This document shows positions 38,398 to 49,800 of a DNA stretch of 64,000 nucleotides, one piece after another (position 1 is the first letter of the stretch; every line of letters starts with the position of its first letter). Source of the stretch: Amphiscolops sp. MND2022 (taxonomy: Eukaryota). The translations under genes and the position numbers were made by a program. Under the pieces are notes generated by a model, which saw nothing but the letters and a program-made list of their open reading frames with translations, had not been told where the DNA came from and made no database searches. The stretch lies in assembly GCA_964187785.1 (NCBI GenBank), contig OZ076410.1:67146001-67210000 (forward strand). The letters run 5' to 3'.

Positions 38398-38720
38398 GGT
38401 ACTCCTGACTAAGTGTGGTTCCAAGCGATTTCTCCTTACCAAGTGTGGTCCCTATTTTATAAGTGTGGTCCCTGCATAGTTTGTCGAATTTTTATTATTA
38501 CGTCGTCAGCTATGTTCACATACCTCTAGTGCCCTAAATGCAGGAGCGAAGCGGAGCGACGTGCCATTTGGCCATGCCTCAATGTTGCTACTTGGCGAAG
38601 GGAGCGAAGCGACCGAGCCATACAACAAATATGCTAACCTTTTCTAGGGACCACACTTGGTCAGGAGTTTACAGGCCGGCTGCATAAGTTTTGTAGGGAC
38701 CACACTTAGTCAGGAGTACC
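38398..38720. mobile_element. MITE (323 bp) with 8-bp TSD and GGTAC termini, Merlin-like
   Basis: TIR ggtactcctgactaagtgtggt / accacacttagtcaggagtacc; TSD AAAAATAT at 38390-38397 and 38721-38728; sub-terminal repeats of aagtgtggtccc. Confidence 0.75.
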
Positions 38721-38828
38721 AAAAATATTTTAACCCCATCAACCACTACCAGGAGATCCAGTCAGCTACTGGTTCCTCCATCACAAAAAAAATGTGCTGA
38801 TGGCAACATAACATTACTGATTCAAAAG

Positions 38829-39389
38829 CTAAGCTGCCCACTCGGACTCATTAATATCATAATCTATCATAGTATTATCAATCAACCTCCATCTACCAGC
38901 AATACCAATATCTACAATACGATTTTCAGAAATCAGCTCTTTCCAACCGGTAGCCACAAATTTGCATGTCGATGCGTATGTTTTCAAATCGAAGTTGTGA
39001 TCACTGTTCCAAAGGATTGAAAATAAAACAAACGAAGAGTAGTTCAAATGTTGCAATCTGTGCAGTTTGGATAGATCCTCAAGACGTTGTTGACAACGAG
39101 GAGACCTGATAGCTGTTCCAGTGCTGGACAAATCACACAAGGCAGCAGTTAGTTGACTCAAAAATATATTATACGATGGATTTTTGAGGTACAGGAAAAA
39201 CAGGCAACCAAGCCCTGTAGTGATAGTTGTTGACTTGACAGGAGCTTCTCTGCAGTCCGTAAAAATTGAAGCCATGACATGTTTATATTCGTTAGACATT
39301 GAGTACAAGTAGTCATTGAACTTTTTCAAACTTCTTCCGATGCCCCTGTTGCAAACTTGTAATGTTCTGGAAGTCACAAAAAATATCAT
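38829..39389 (-). CDS. TIMM29: Mitochondrial import inner membrane translocase subunit Tim29 (TIM22 complex), 186 aa
   Basis: C-terminal RIVDIGIAGRWRLIDNTMIDYDINESEW matches my recollection of the Tim29 signature (VLDVGFVGRWW...DCDINDDEF). A single TM-like segment follows DCREA..K, then KNPS. A splice acceptor (tttcag, 39396) 6 nt before GCCATG suggests an upstream exon. Confidence 0.85.
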   Translation of the reverse strand: MIFFVTSRTLQVCNRGIGRSLKKFNDYLYSMSNEYKHVMASIFTDCREAPVKSTTITTGLGCLFFLYLKNPSYNIFLSQLTAALCDLSSTGTAIRSPRCQQRLEDLSKLHRLQHLNYSSFVLFSILWNSDHNFDLKTYASTCKFVATGWKELISENRIVDIGIAGRWRLIDNTMIDYDINESEWAA

Positions 39390-39745
39390 GGCACTCTGAA
39401 AATGAGACAGGTGAGCTTTCTATTTTCAAAAGCCTAGAAAAAATAAACTATCAGCTTGGTCCCAGGGAAGAAAGCATAATTCGAAGACGATAATTTGTAA
39501 GACTTTTTGTCGCATATATAAATGTGAACAAAGTTCTGTAAGAACGGCGTTGTTAGTGATAGGTCGAATGATTGGTGAGATTAAATAAGCCATTTGGTCT
39601 AATTTTTTTCTTTTCCTTCAATCAGATGAATGGCTGTAAATAGGTCGAATTTTTCTGGTCGAAAGGACAGAGGTCGAACCTTTTGATCGAATTGCAGGGA
39701 TCGAAACGTCTTTGTCGCCGGAACGTCCTCTAAACAGCTAAAAAC

Positions 39746-40198
39746 GTTCTGGAAGCGAAAATATAATGTGGGGCATATGCTGTGTGTGCACGCTCGCCCT
39801 CACCGTCGCAAAGACCAGCTTCCACTATGATCGCTTCGCGATCTCCGTTCCCGCTAGGTCTTTCCTCCTGTTCGACCTCGCTTAGCAAGATGGGAACATA
39901 AGCGGCCCCTTGGGGCCGCTTATATTCTCATCTTGCTGAGCGAGGTCGAACAGGACCAAAGACCTAGCGGGAACGAAGATCGCGAAGCGATCGTAGTGGG
40001 AGCTGGTCTTTGCGACGGTGAGGGCGAGCGTGCATACATCGCATATGCCCCACTTCATATTTTCGCTTTCAGAACACATATAAGATCATAAAAAGGTTAG
40101 ACCTAAATATTTTAGATAAAATTAGATCTGAAAGTTAGACCAAACAGTTAGATCTAATTTCATTAGACCCAAGCAATTAGATCAAAGGCGTTCACTCC
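39746..40198. repeat. Foldback (palindromic) element: 330-bp hairpin plus a 123-bp TTAGATC-rich arm
   Basis: 39746-39909 is an imperfect inverted repeat of 39912-40075 with a 2-nt loop (taagcggcccc-tt-ggggccgctta). The right half plus arm recurs at 63538-63834. Confidence 0.85.
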
Positions 40199-40790
40199 GC
40201 TGTGCGAGCATCCAACAAACCGTCATAAAGAATATGTATGCCAGGAAAAACATGAACATACAAAAGATTGTATCCCACCAAATGAAATCTTTTGTGTGAA
40301 TTGCGGCAAGGATCACACAGCTTTCGACGAAAACTGCGAAATGTACCAGGAAAAGTGGAAAAAGTTGAAGATTCAATTCGTGATGAAACATTTTCTCTTA
40401 GCTATGACTATAAATATTGCTGGTCTCTCCGCTCACTCGTGTATTGCTATGGATAAATATATAAACGACAACAACATAAAAGTTATTACGATCTCTGAAA
40501 GTCATGGAAAATTTCAGGGTTTTGGTAACTACTATATCTACCGCGCCCATTAAAACAAACTTGGTTGCTCCTTGCTCATACACAAACAACTAAATTCCTA
40601 TGAAGTGAAAATAACACCCAGAGAAGGCGTTGATTGCTGTTTTGCAGCAATCTCTATTGAAAAGAGGAAAATTTTGCTGGGATCAATATGCGTACTTTTA
40701 GGAAACACTGAAAACATCGAAAGCGCCACAAATGTTCTGACTGAAGTGTATACATTATGCAAAAATGAAAATGTAACCGAACCCTTGAAA
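40199..40790 (+). pseudogene. Decayed LINE fragment (ORF1 zinc knuckle and ORF2 endonuclease start)
   Basis: CVNCGKDHTAFDENC knuckle, then MTINIAGLSAHSCIAMDKY..ISESH, which parallels LQINISGLGEHSKIASNHY..LNETK of the LINE at 58802. Confidence 0.7.
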
Positions 40791-41269
40791 TAACTCCACA
40801 AAGTGTAGCATACTTCTACGTGGAGTTTTGTGAAAAAAATAACATCAAATTAAATGAATCCAAAACAGACAACTATGTTGAACGCATGCAACAGCCTCTG
40901 ATGTCGGACAAACTAAAGGAAGAATTCAAAAGCATTTTTTCCCAAGTTAGGGTTTTGTACCTAACCAAACACGCTCTTAGTGCTCTTAGTGAATTTCTTA
41001 GTGCTCTTAGTGATGAATTTTCATTACAAAATGAAGTGCCTATTTTGTGCTAATAGTACTAATCAACCAGTTTATGTTGATTGTGAGAAGAAAAAGAGGT
41101 GCAAGGAGTGTGGTTTACAAAAAATGGATTTTTATAATTATAAAAACAGGTCTGTACCTAACAAATGCAAGCAATGTTTTAATGACAAAAGTATGATGTG
41201 AATATCGCAATCATGAATTAAATAGAACATATTTATGAAAACATAAAAAGTATTCATGTTAAAATTTTT

Positions 41270-41800
41270 ATGACAAATAAAAATAATGAAATTATAACGT
41301 TAAATAAATGTGATTCTAATGCAATAAATTTAACATTATTAGTTGGTCCTTCATTTTGTGGAAAGACCTATTTGCTGTTAAGTAGAATAAAATTAATTCA
41401 ATTGGATGACCCTCTGAAAAGGATATATATCATTACGAGGAGTCCCAAATAATACGAGAATCTAGAAAATCCATTTTTAGAACATATAGAAAGATTAAGA
41501 AACATATCGTAAGGCACGTGTTGTATTTGATGATATGCTGGATACTAGTCAGAAACTAATAGATCCTTTTTTACAAGAGAAAGGCATAAATGTACTGATG
41601 TTTAATATTTGTCACAATCCTACTTCGATTTACCTAAACGCATCATACGCAATAATAGTAACATCAGTAGTTTATTTCAACAAACATTGGAAGGTGTAGA
41701 TTACAATTATAGAGACATTGCAGGTTTTGTTATGTCTCATGACGGTTTTAAACAAATGAGCAGGGAGGCATGGTACGAAAAAATAAACATTTGTTAATAA
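41270..41800 (+). pseudogene. A32/FtsK-HerA family viral packaging ATPase
   Basis: Walker A LLVGPSFCGKT, Walker B VVFDD, and downstream LSQSYFDLPKRIIRNN; broken by stops and frameshifts. Confidence 0.85.
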
Positions 41801-42012
41801 ACAGGTTAGAAGATAGATGTAAGTACCAGGTGTGCACTGAATCTTATCCACAGTATAAAATCTTTAATCCACAAACGGATTCTTTTAAGACATATTCATA
41901 AATTAAAAGTTGAGACAACGCTTTGGTGTTGATTTGTTGTAATACATTCATATTCAAGTAGTTTATTCTACAATTATTTAGAGCATAGGATTATCATTTC
42001 CCCCTATGTTCT

Positions 42013-42195
42013 CTAAACGATTAGTTTTAATTGATCTACAAGCTCATCTGGATCAGATGGAAGAAAGACATATTGATATAATCCACTCCCTATTTGTGAT
42101 TGCTGATGTATATATTGACTGATCACAGCTTTAATGAAATGATATCTTTTTGATTTTTTATCTCTATAATTTATTTCGTATTTAAGGTCGTTCAA
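42013..42195 (-). pseudogene. Polinton-associated small protein fragment
   Basis: IGSG...FLPSDPDELVDQLKL resembles a motif I recall from small Polinton/adintovirus ORFs; function unknown. Confidence 0.45.
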
Positions 42196-42263
42196 GAAAG
42201 TGAAAGTTAAAGTTTTATTTTGTAATTCTTTGTCTAGTATTCCATTAGTTATAAATTATGAAG

Positions 42264-45200
42264 GATCCGGACTATTTAATTCGTATGTGTTACCACTACT
42301 CAGGTAGGTTAGTGAAGTACCTTTGAATAAAACTTGTTGTGGATTAGTAGGGTTATTTGTGAATAACGTAGGATTAGATTCAACTGGTTCTAAACTGAAT
42401 TGACTTTCGATTTTGTCAATAAGTAATTTAGAAACAATTTTTATGATGCAAGAATCATCTGAATTAGAATTAATAAGCTTAGTGAGTAATTGATTATTGC
42501 GATTTGGATTTTCGTCGTATTCTTGTATTCCTTTTTTAATAGATTTTTTTAAATTTTTATTCAAAACATCACTACTGTGTTATATTGCACTAGTCTGATT
42601 TTCGATTGCTTGTGTTGTAGTTTGAGTAGAGTCACGTAGCGCTTGTATTTGCTCTTCGGAAATTTCTTGTTGTTTAGTTTTGTTTTGTTTCTGGTTTTCA
42701 GTAACAGATTCAAAATCGTCATATCATAATGAAAATCATGCTTCCCAAGTTTCTCTAATAGAATTTATTTGTGGATTAAAGATCTCGTTTCTTGCAACTT
42801 TTTTAGTTTTTCTAAATCATAACGATTATGAATTGAATGCATTTAATAAAACAAAATAAACGTAAATTGTAATTTATAGACATATTCGTAATAATGGATC
42901 AATGAACTTTATCCAGATATAAACCCTTCCCTTGATGAACAAGTTTCCTAATATCAGGAGCAGCAGCCGCTATGCCTCGTGGATTTTTACTTGCTGCTAC
43001 CGACGTTATTTTACCTGCGAGCTCTATTGCTCTAACAGGACTGTTTTGTATATTCTTTCCAACATTCTTAGCTGCATTTCCTAACGAATAATAGAAACTA
43101 CCCGATCCCTCTGCAGCAATAGTTTTATCTGACACTATAGGTGATTTATTTTTTTACATGTTACACACTTGTTACATAATAGTTTTACATATTTACCAGT
43201 TTCTTTATTCTGAATAATATATACTTTGGTGTTTGTTGTGTGAGAATAGTGTTTGCCACCAACACAATTAGAATTACTTTCAAATTCATTGAAGCTCATT
43301 TATTTAGGAAAAATATCTAAGCTTCGCAATTATATTTTGTTGATTTCTGAATGTGAGTGTCTCGTTGTTGAAATCTACTGGGTTATAGTTCTAGTCTTCT
43401 TAAAAAAATTGGACCTTATCTAGTCGTGTTTTGTTGATCTTTTTGTATAAAACAGTTGTTGGGTTGTGTATAATTTTATATCCTGGTATGGAACAAAGAT
43501 TAAATGAAAATAGTATTTGTTCTCGAACTCCATTAACTTTTGAGCCATCTACACAGACATACTTCAGATGAACTTTGTCTATCGATGTAATCATAACTTG
43601 TTTTTAGTCGGCGCTTTCGAAGAAAATCCCGACTCTTACAGTGGCTAGTATTTTTTGTCAGTTCAACGCGTAACGTCCACATTTTGTTCATTAATGCAAT
43701 TAATGCACATTTACCAACTTTGACCATATGTACTGAGTACTTCATTTTCAACGCATCCAAAGCGTCTAACATTAGATAAAAAGCTATGTAAATGTAAAAC
43801 CTAGAAGTTTATTTAATTCTAAATTGAACTTAATCGGGTTTGTGGGTGTTAAAATAGGTTCCATTGATATTGTATCAGCTTCTATCTTGAATTTAGTTTG
43901 AAAATAAGAGTCATTAAACATTTGTTTTTCATTATACTAAGAAGTTTTTTGTTGAATGGCAGCATTGATAATAACTAATTCATACTTCCCAGGTCGAAGA
44001 TAAACTTCAACATCGGTTTGTTCAATGATTGCAAATTCTTGCAGTTCCATTTTATTTGCATGTTCTTGGCCACGAGCCTCGAATGAGTTCTCTAGTCGAA
44101 CAAAATCTAGTCTAGTAAGTCTACGGTTGTTAGAAAAACTATCCGCAAAAAGAGTAATAAGTGTTTCTACTGTTTCTACTAGTTTGTAATACTAGTTTTT
44201 ATAATCATTATATTTATGATCCGGACTATTTAATTCGTATGTGTTACCACTACTCAGGTAGGTTAGTGAAGTACCTTTGAATAAAACTTGTTGTGGATTA
44301 GTAGGGTTATTTGTGAATAACGTAGGATTAGATTCAACTGGTTCTAAACTGAATTGACTTTCGATTTTGTCAATAAGTAATTTAGAAACAATTTTTATGA
44401 TGCAAGAATAATCTGAATTAGAATTAATAAGCTTAGCGAGTAATTGATTATTGCGATTTGGATTTTCGTCGTATTCTTGTATTCCTTTTTTAATAGATTT
44501 TTTTAAATTTTTATTCAAAACATCACTACTGTGTTATATTGCACTAGTCTGATTTTCGATTGCTTGTGTTGTAGTTTGAGTAGAGTCACGTAGCGCTTGT
44601 ATTTGCTCTTCGGAAATTTCTTGTTGTTTAGTTTTGTTTTGTTTCTGGTTTTCAGTAACAGATTCAAAATCGTCATATCATAATGAAAATCATGCTTCCC
44701 AAGTTTCTCTAATAGAATTTATTTGTGGATTAAAGATCCCGTTTCTTGCAACTTTTTTAGTTTTTCTAAATCATAACGATTATGAATTGAATGCATTTAA
44801 TAAAACAAAATAAACGTAAATTGTAATTTATAGACATATTCGTAATAATGGATCAATGAACTTTATCCAGATATAAACCCTTCCCTTGATGAACAAGTTT
44901 CCTAATATCAGGAGCAGCAGCCGCTATGCCTCGTGGATTTTTACTTGCTGCTACCGACGTTATTTTACCTGCGAGCTCTATTGCTCTAACAGGACTGTTT
45001 TGTATATTCTTTCCAACATTCTTAGCTGCATTTCCTAACGAATAATAGAAACTACCCGATCCCTCTGCAGCAATAGTTTTATCTGACACTATAGGTGATT
45101 TATTTTTTTACATGTTACACACTTGTTACATAATAGTTTTACATATTTACCAGTTTCTTTATTCTGAATAATATATACTTTGGTGTTTGTTGTGTGAGAA

Positions 45201-48125
45201 TAGTGTTTGCCACCAACACAATTAGAATTACTTTCAAATTCATTGAAGCTCATTTATTTAGGAAAAATATCTAAGCTTCGCAATTATATTTTGTTGATTT
45301 CTGAATGTGAGTGTCTCGTTGTTGAAATCTACTGGGTTATAGTTCTAGTCTTCTTAAAAAAATTGGACCTTATCTAGTCGTGTTTTGTTGATCTTTTTGT
45401 ATAAAACAGTTGTTGGGTTGTGTATAATTTTATATCCTGGTATGGAACAAAGATTAAATGAAAATAGTATTTGTTCTCGAACTCCATTAACTTTTGAGCC
45501 ATCTACACAGACATACTTCAGATGAACTTTGTCTATCGATGTAATCATAACTTGTTTTTAGTCGGCGCTTTCGAAGAAAATCCCGACTCTTACAGTGGCT
45601 AGTATTTTTTGTCAGTTCAACGCGTAACGTCCACATTTTGTTCATTAATGCAATTAATGCACATTTACCAACTTTGACCATATGTACTGAGTACTTCATT
45701 TTCAACGCATCCAAAGCGTCTAACATTAGATAAAAAGCTATGTAAATGTAAAACCTAGAAGTTTATTTAATTCTAAATTGAACTTAATCGGGTTTGTGGG
45801 TGTTAAAATAGGTTCCATTGATATTGTATCAGCTTCTATCTTGAATTTAGTTTGAAAATAAGAGTCATTAAACATTTGTTTTTCATTATACTAAGAAGTT
45901 TTTTGTTGAATGGCAGCATTGATAATAACTAATTCATACTTCCCAGGTCGAAGATAAACTTCAACATCGGTTTGTTCAATGATTGCAAATTCTTGCAGTT
46001 CCATTTTATTTGCATGTTCTTGGCCACGAGCCTCGAATGAGTTCTCTAGTCGAACAAAATCTAGTCTAGTAAGTCTACGGTTGTTAGAAAAACTATCCGC
46101 AAAAAGAGTAATAAGTGTTTCTACTGTTTCTACTAGTTTGTAATACTAGTTTTTATAATCATTATATTTATGATCCGGACTATTTAATTCGTATGTGTTA
46201 CCACTACTCAGGTAGGTTAGTGAAGTACCTTTGAATAAAACTTGTTGTGGATTAGTAGGGTTATTTGTGAATAACGTAGGATTAGATTCAACTGGTTCTA
46301 AACTGAATTGACTTTCGATTTTGTCAATAAGTAATTTAGAAACAATTTTTATGATGCAAGAATCATCTGAATTAGAATTAATAAGCTTAGTGAGTAATTG
46401 ATTATTGCGATTTGGATTTTCGTCGTATTCTTGTATTCCTTTTTTAATAGATTTTTTTAAATTTTTATTCAAAACATCACTACTGTGTTATATTGCACTA
46501 GTCTGATTTTCGATTGCTTGTGTTGTAGTTTGAGTAGAGTCACGTAGCGCTTGTATTTGCTCTTCGGAAATTTCTTGTTGTTTAGTTTTGTTTTGTTTCT
46601 GGTTTTCAGTAACAGATTCAAAATCGTCATATCATAATGAAAATCATGCTTCCCAAGTTTCTCTAATAGAATTTATTTGTGGATTAAAGATCTCGTTTCT
46701 TGCAACTTTTTTAGTTTTTCTAAATCATAACGATTATGAATTGAATGCATTTAATAAAACAAAATAAACGTAAATTGTAATTTATAGACATATTCGTAAT
46801 AATGGATCAATGAACTTTATCCAGATATAAACCCTTCCCTTGATGAACAAGTTTCCTAATATCAGGAGCAGCAGCCGCTATGCCTCGTGGATTTTTACTT
46901 GCTGCTACCGACGTTATTTTACCTGCGAGCTCTATTGCTCTAACAGGACTGTTTTGTATATTCTTTCCAACATTCTTAGCTGCATTTCCTAACGAATAAT
47001 AGAAACTACCCGATCCCTCTGCAGCAATAGTTTTATCTGACACTATAGGTGATTTATTTTTTTACATGTTACACACTTGTTACATAATAGTTTTACATAT
47101 TTACCAGTTTCTTTATTCTGAATAATATATACTTTGGTGTTTGTTGTGTGAGAATAGTGTTTGCCACCAACACAATTAGAATTACTTTCAAATTCATTGA
47201 AGCTCATTTATTTAGGAAAAATATCTAAGCTTCGCAATTATATTTTGTTGATTTCTGAATGTGAGTGTCTCGTTGTTGAAATCTACTGGGTTATAGTTCT
47301 AGTCTTCTTAAAAAAATTGGACCTTATCTAGTCGTGTTTTGTTGATCTTTTTGTATAAAACAGTTGTTGGGTTGTGTATAATTTTATATCCTGGTATGGA
47401 ACAAAGATTAAATGAAAATAGTATTTGTTCTCGAACTCCATTAACTTTTGAGCCATCTACACAGACATACTTCAGATGAACTTTGTCTATCGATGTAATC
47501 ATAACTTGTTTTTAGTCGGCGCTTTCGAAGAAAATCCCGACTCTTACAGTGGCTAGTATTTTTTGTCAGTTCAACGCGTAACGTCCACATTTTGTTCATT
47601 AATGCAATTAATGCACATTTACCAACTTTGACCATATGTACTGAGTACTTCATTTTCAACGCATCCAAAGCGTCTAACATTAGATAAAAAGCTATGTAAA
47701 TGTAAAACCTAGAAGTTTATTTAATTCTAAATTGAACTTAATCGGGTTTGTGGGTGTTAAAATAGGTTCCATTGATATTGTATCAGCTTCTATCTTGAAT
47801 TTAGTTTGAAAATAAGAGTCATTAAACATTTGTTTTTCATTATACTAAGAAGTTTTTTGTTGAATGGCAGCATTGATAATAACTAATTCATACTTCCCAG
47901 GTCGAAGATAAACTTCAACATCGGTTTGTTCAATGATTGCAAATTCTTGCAGTTCCATTTTATTTGCATGTTCTTGGCCACGAGCCTCGAATGAGTTCTC
48001 TAGTCGAACAAAATCTAGTCTAGTAAGTCTACGGTTGTTAGAAAAACTATCCGCAAAAAGAGTAATAAGTGTTTCTACTGTTTCTACTAGTTTGTAATAC
48101 TAGTTTTTATAATCATTATATTTAT
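42264..48125. repeat. Three tandem copies of a 1954-bp unit
   Basis: Unit starts (gatccggact) at 42264, 44218 and 46172; ORF sets recur at +1954 and +3908; the array ends at 48125. Confidence 0.97.
42899..43135 (-). CDS. 78-aa basic/amphipathic Polinton protein; identical copies at 44853-45089 and 46807-47043
   Basis: Uninterrupted ORF AEGSGSFYYSLGNAAKNVGKN...NPRGIAAAAPD..HQGKGLYL resembles a small ORF I recall next to penton in Polintons; function inferred only. Confidence 0.5.
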   Translation of the reverse strand: MSDKTIAAEGSGSFYYSLGNAAKNVGKNIQNSPVRAIELAGKITSVAASKNPRGIAAAAPDIRKLVHQGKGLYLDKVH

Positions 48126-48440
48126 TAAAACAGGCATTAGTTAAATCTAAGGCAGTTGTTACTAATTCAAGGTCAATGATGAGGTTATCAGTTTGTTTGT
48201 CTGTTAGTAGGAAGTGAAGTTTATTGTTGGTGGGAGTTACATTGTTTACAGTGTTGTATACTTCTAAACTTGTTGCTCCCATCATCCGTATTTCATTTAG
48301 TTCGAGAGGAACATCGAATAGAAAAGATTCTTTTTTAAATTCATTGTAAACTCTAGAGTTTCTTGTGGTATAGAAAGAGTATTTTCAACAACTTCTTGAT
48401 AGATTTAGCAATTTTCCGCATAAGAGATTCCTTTTTATTA
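47250..48440 (-). pseudogene. Penton-like (single jelly-roll) minor capsid protein; C-terminal parts repeated in units 1 and 2
   Basis: MMGATSLEVYNTV, LRPGKYEL, KIEADTISM..LLGF, IDKVHLKYVCVDGSKVNGVREQILFSF..PGYKI, NPVDFNNETLTF. Several stops and a family B fragment inserted at about 47510-47680. Confidence 0.65.
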
Positions 48441-48449
48441 TAAATTACA

Positions 48450-48800
48450 AAGTTTGATAGATCTATTTATTATACATGAAAATGTTTATATCCACTGGCG
48501 GATATGTTGTTTAGAAATTCATGCTTATCTTGAATGCTTGTTTTGTACTTTTTCCAGATTTGTTTTTATGAAGAATTGCCGATGCAAATTTTGTATAGTT
48601 ATCATTAATGGTAAAAATGAATTTGAAGCTTTTTTGAATCTGCTCAGACTTGAGCGATCAGTCATATCAGTACTCCAACATTCATCTGTATATTGGGGAA
48701 CTATTTTAATGCAATCAAACTTCCTAATTACTGGGGCGAAGAATTCTTTAGTTATCATTTGTTCAGGTTCAGACATTATTGCCTTAGAGATATTCATGAA
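48450..48800 (-). pseudogene. Polinton retroviral-like integrase, N-terminal core fragment
   Basis: EFFAPVIRKFD.IKI...DECWSTDMTDRSSLS, matching the WS.D first catalytic Asp region; truncated. Confidence 0.65.
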
Positions 48801-48811
48801 AAATTTGGAAT

Positions 48812-49210
48812 TTTTAGTCGGCGTTTTCGAAGAAAATCCCGACTCTTACAGTGGCTAGTTTTTTTTTCGTCAGTTCAACGCGTACGTCCACTTTTTGTGC
48901 ATTAATCCAATTAATGCACATTTACCAACTTTTACCATATGTACTTATTACTTCATTTTCAACGCATCCAAAACGTCAAACATGAGGTAAAAAGCGTCCC
49001 CCCTTTTACATTTTTCGGCACTATGCGACTTACCGGAAACTTCGAAAAAAATTTCAAAAAAATTTTTTTTCTCAATTTTTTGTTTTTTGAGAGCTTTTGT
49101 TGTTTTTTCTTAAAAGGTTCCCCATTCACCAATACTTTGACATTTTGAAGTCCTTCTGCTATATTTGAGCCTTAGATATGGCGCCGACTTGGGCCGTTCC
49201 CGGCTTGTTT
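48812..49210 (-). mobile_element. Complete family B Helentron-type copy
   Basis: subTIR AGTCGGCG (48816-48823) and CGCCGACT (49182-49189), hairpin GCCG-TTCC-CGGC (49193-49204), T-rich ends. Confidence 0.75.
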
Positions 49211-49449
49211 CTTATTCCTTTGAAAAAGTACTGGCAAGGGTTGTGCTTCAAGAGTTTGATTTTCATGATACTTATTTGGATGATTTTGATTTGCAGACAT
49301 GTTTTCTGAGTGTCGTTCCGAAATGATTCTAAATTGAGCTGAATAAGTATTAATTTTCTTCATTTATTAATCTTGAAAATGATAGTTTTTTCAGATCATA
49401 TTCATATATATGAATATGATTGGTAGTATAAATTCAGTACTGCATTTTC

Positions 49450-49800
49450 AAAACCTATAATATTTGTACGAACTAAAACGTCTAAACAATATGCTGCACA
49501 ACAACCATTGTTTTTCGGAATCTGATATTCTGAAGAGATACCTTCATTAAGGTGATTTGTTATACTCAAGGGAAGAGTGCAGCACTATGAATCAAAGTGG
49601 TACTCGTTAATGAACGTAACCCAATGTGTTCCTTCGGTTGGGTGTAAAATGAATATACCTGATTTTGTATAGAATGTATCCTCTCTAATATATATTCCAC
49701 ACGAAAATCGTGGGAGTTGAAAGATTGCTTTTATTTGTACATTACTTGTGACTGCATTTTCTAATCCATATTAATTACCAAATTCCTTGAATGAGATGAA
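49450..49800 (-). pseudogene. Adenain-like (adenoviral-type) cysteine protease
   Basis: Manual minus-strand translation GIFILHPTEGTHWVTFINEYHFDS*...SEYQIPKNNGCCAAYCL shows the His, Asp and Gln/Cys order of clan CE proteases; contains stops. Confidence 0.75.

Noticed and set aside
43533-43772. Triplicated 79-aa ORF MLDALDALKMKY..
   Set aside because: Reads through a family B repeat fragment inserted in the penton remnant; a chimeric chance ORF.
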